Of a stretch of DNA of 64,000 nt, positions 62,516 to 64,000 are shown piece by piece (within the stretch, counting starts at the first letter, position 1; the number at the start of each line of letters is the position of its first letter). A program made the position numbers and the translations under genes. The stretch spans positions 236,710 to 300,709 of the forward strand of contig LCIO01000001.1 in assembly GCA_001001115.1 (NCBI GenBank), read 5' to 3'. Under the pieces are notes generated by a model that saw only the letters and a list, made by a program, of their open reading frames with translations, ran no database searches and was not told the DNA's origin. Source of the stretch: Candidatus Wolfebacteria bacterium GW2011_GWA1_44_24. GTDB taxonomy: Bacteria > Patescibacteriota > Minisyncoccia > UBA6257 > UBA9933.

Positions 62516-62668
62516 ACTTATTAACCCCCGCTTATTCACAAGCAGTCTGGGTTTAAAAATTAAAAACAGTTAATTTAGTAATGGACATTTTAAGTTTATC
62601 CACAAATTAACATCCCCCAACTAAAACTACTAATTATTTATTTATATAGTTATTATATAATTGTTATT
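62516..62668. other. Probable oriC: dnaA-dnaN spacer with DnaA boxes and AT-rich unwinding region
   Basis: Perfect TTATCCACA at 62596-62604, one-mismatch TTATTCACA at 62532-62540, then an ~45-bp almost pure A/T tract (62625-62668). Confidence 0.6.
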
Positions 62669-63784
62669 ATGAAATTTATTGTTCTTAATAAAAATCTTAA
62701 AGATGGGTTGCGGGCAATAGAGCGGATTGCCGAAGAAAATTCTAATCTGCCGATTTTAAAGAATTTTTTAATTGAATCGTTTGAAAATAAAATTAAACTG
62801 GCGGCGACCAATCTTGAACTGGGAATAATTAGTTTTATTTCTGGGAAAATTATTGAAAACGGCGGATTAACAATACCGCTGAATTTATTTAATTCAATAA
62901 TTAATAATCTTCAAGTTGAAAGAATTAATTTGGAGTTAACTAAAAATAATAAATTATCAATAAAAACCGACAACTATCAGGCGGAAATTCAAGGAATTAA
63001 AAAAGAAGAATTCCCAATTATTCCAAAAATAAAAAACGACGAATTTTATTTAAAAATTCAAAATTCGGAACTAAAAAACATTTTATCGTTAATTGTCGGC
63101 GCCGCGGCCCAAGAAAACAGGCCAGAACTCAACGGTATTTTATTGGACTACCAAACAACTTTATTAAAATTAGCCGCCACCGACACCTTCCGGCTTTCGG
63201 AAAAAACTATTTTCAACACCCAGTTTGAATCAAATATAGATAAAAATTTTAAAATAATCATCCCCCTAAAAACAATCCAAGAAGTTATTCGGGGATTACA
63301 ATTTAATGAAGAAGGAAAAACCGCTATTTTTTTTGACGCCAATCAAATTCTTTTCAAAACCGAAAACACGGAAATAATTTCTCGGCTGATTAACGGCGAG
63401 TATCCTGATTATCAGCAGATTATTCCCAAAAATTTTGAAACGGAAATATCCCTAAACAAAGATGAATTAATCGGCGCCCTTAAACTAGCCGGTGTTTTTA
63501 CAGACCAACTCAACGAAATAAAATTTATTATCAAAGAAGGCGCTAAAAACATAGAAGTATTTTCTTTTAATCAATCTCTGGGAGAAAACCGGTATTTGAT
63601 TCCGGCAAAAATAAAAGGAGCGGCGGCGGAAGTTGCGTTTAATTGGCGATTTTTATTGGATGGAATAAAAAACCTGGCTTCGGAAAATGTTTTTATCGGG
63701 CTGAACGGTTCGGCTAAGCCGGCGCTTATTAATTCGCTAAAAGACTCTTCTTGGTTTTACGTTTTAATGCCGATTAAGGGCTAA
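62669..63784 (+). CDS. dnaN: DNA polymerase III beta sliding clamp
   Basis: 371 aa, three-domain clamp. N-terminal MKFIVLNKNLKDGL..., ATDTFRLSE, C-terminal LMPIKG. TATAAT 62656-62661 lies 7 nt before the ATG. Confidence 0.93.
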   Translation: MKFIVLNKNLKDGLRAIERIAEENSNLPILKNFLIESFENKIKLAATNLELGIISFISGKIIENGGLTIPLNLFNSIINNLQVERINLELTKNNKLSIKTDNYQAEIQGIKKEEFPIIPKIKNDEFYLKIQNSELKNILSLIVGAAAQENRPELNGILLDYQTTLLKLAATDTFRLSEKTIFNTQFESNIDKNFKIIIPLKTIQEVIRGLQFNEEGKTAIFFDANQILFKTENTEIISRLINGEYPDYQQIIPKNFETEISLNKDELIGALKLAGVFTDQLNEIKFIIKEGAKNIEVFSFNQSLGENRYLIPAKIKGAAAEVAFNWRFLLDGIKNLASENVFIGLNGSAKPALINSLKDSSWFYVLMPIKG

Positions 63785-64000
63785 TCGGATTTTGCCGGGT
63801 CCATATTTGAACTGGCGCTTCCCAATTTTTGAATTGGGCGTCGTTTTCGGGATTTTGGGGAGACTGGCCCAAAGGATCGTTTTTGTCCGCGTAATAAAGA
63901 ATGTTGTGAATCCCCCCGTCAAGGTTTACATAATTGCCGCTTAACATCGGTTTTTCGATTATGTCTTGAGTCGGCGGTTTGTTAAAGGTCTCGGGGGCGT
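63774..64000 (-). CDS. 3' end of an unidentified convergent gene (runs off the right edge)
   Basis: Hand translation of the minus strand is open from 64000 to TAA at 63776-63774: ...NYVNLDGGIHNILYYADKNDPLGQSPQNPENDAQFKNWEAPVQIWTRQNPISP*. It overlaps the dnaN stop by 11 nt. Confidence 0.35.
   Translation of the reverse strand, partial: APETFNKPPTQDIIEKPMLSGNYVNLDGGIHNILYYADKNDPLGQSPQNPENDAQFKNWEAPVQIWTRQNPISP

Overview
This window is a compact, mostly minus-strand, AT-rich bacterial chromosome segment. Gene content and style suggest a Candidate Phyla Radiation / Patescibacteria (Parcubacteria-like) genome; that assignment is inference. The style includes tiny intergenic gaps, overlapping stops, giant Thr/Ser-rich surface proteins, type IV pilin plus PilB, T4SS-pilin-like mini-proteins and tRNAs embedded in operons. 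Housekeeping genes recognised from the translations: clpB, cysteine desulfurase, tatD, metG, glyQS, recO, recA, ftsK, folD, dgkA, gyrA, rpsA, ftsH, endonuclease Q, RNase J, secG, tsaE, ruvB, pilB/gspE, dnaA and dnaN. The likely oriC lies in the dnaA-dnaN spacer. I folded five tRNAs by hand: Val-UAC, Leu-UAG, Ile-UAU, Leu-CAG and Arg-CCG. I saw no rRNA, CRISPR array, transposase or integrase. Most interesting observations: (1) A phosphomannomutase gene with all catalytic motifs intact is interrupted by an exactly 99-nt hairpin element that starts with an in-frame TAA. Its 52-nt core recurs (51/52 identical) in a 5' UTR at 18.6 kb with a different but compensatory outer stem. This points to a new structured RNA or mobile hairpin, and possibly translational bypass, RNA processing or a split enzyme. 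(2) Six VirB2/T4SS-pilin-like paralogs sit in tandem next to an SPFH operon, with gene-conversion tracts and no secretion ATPase nearby. (3) A promoter-to-terminator delimited ~150-nt structured sRNA candidate lies antisense between pilB and ruvB. (4) A modular intergenic repeat family occurs upstream of several minus-strand genes, concentrated in a GC-rich three-gene islet bounded by tRNA-Arg, a GIY-YIG gene and a tRNA 5'-half remnant. (5) TATAAT-N7-ATG geometry and tRNA-ATG junctions recur, suggesting leaderless mRNAs. All functional calls come from reading the translations and sequence by eye; no database search was run.
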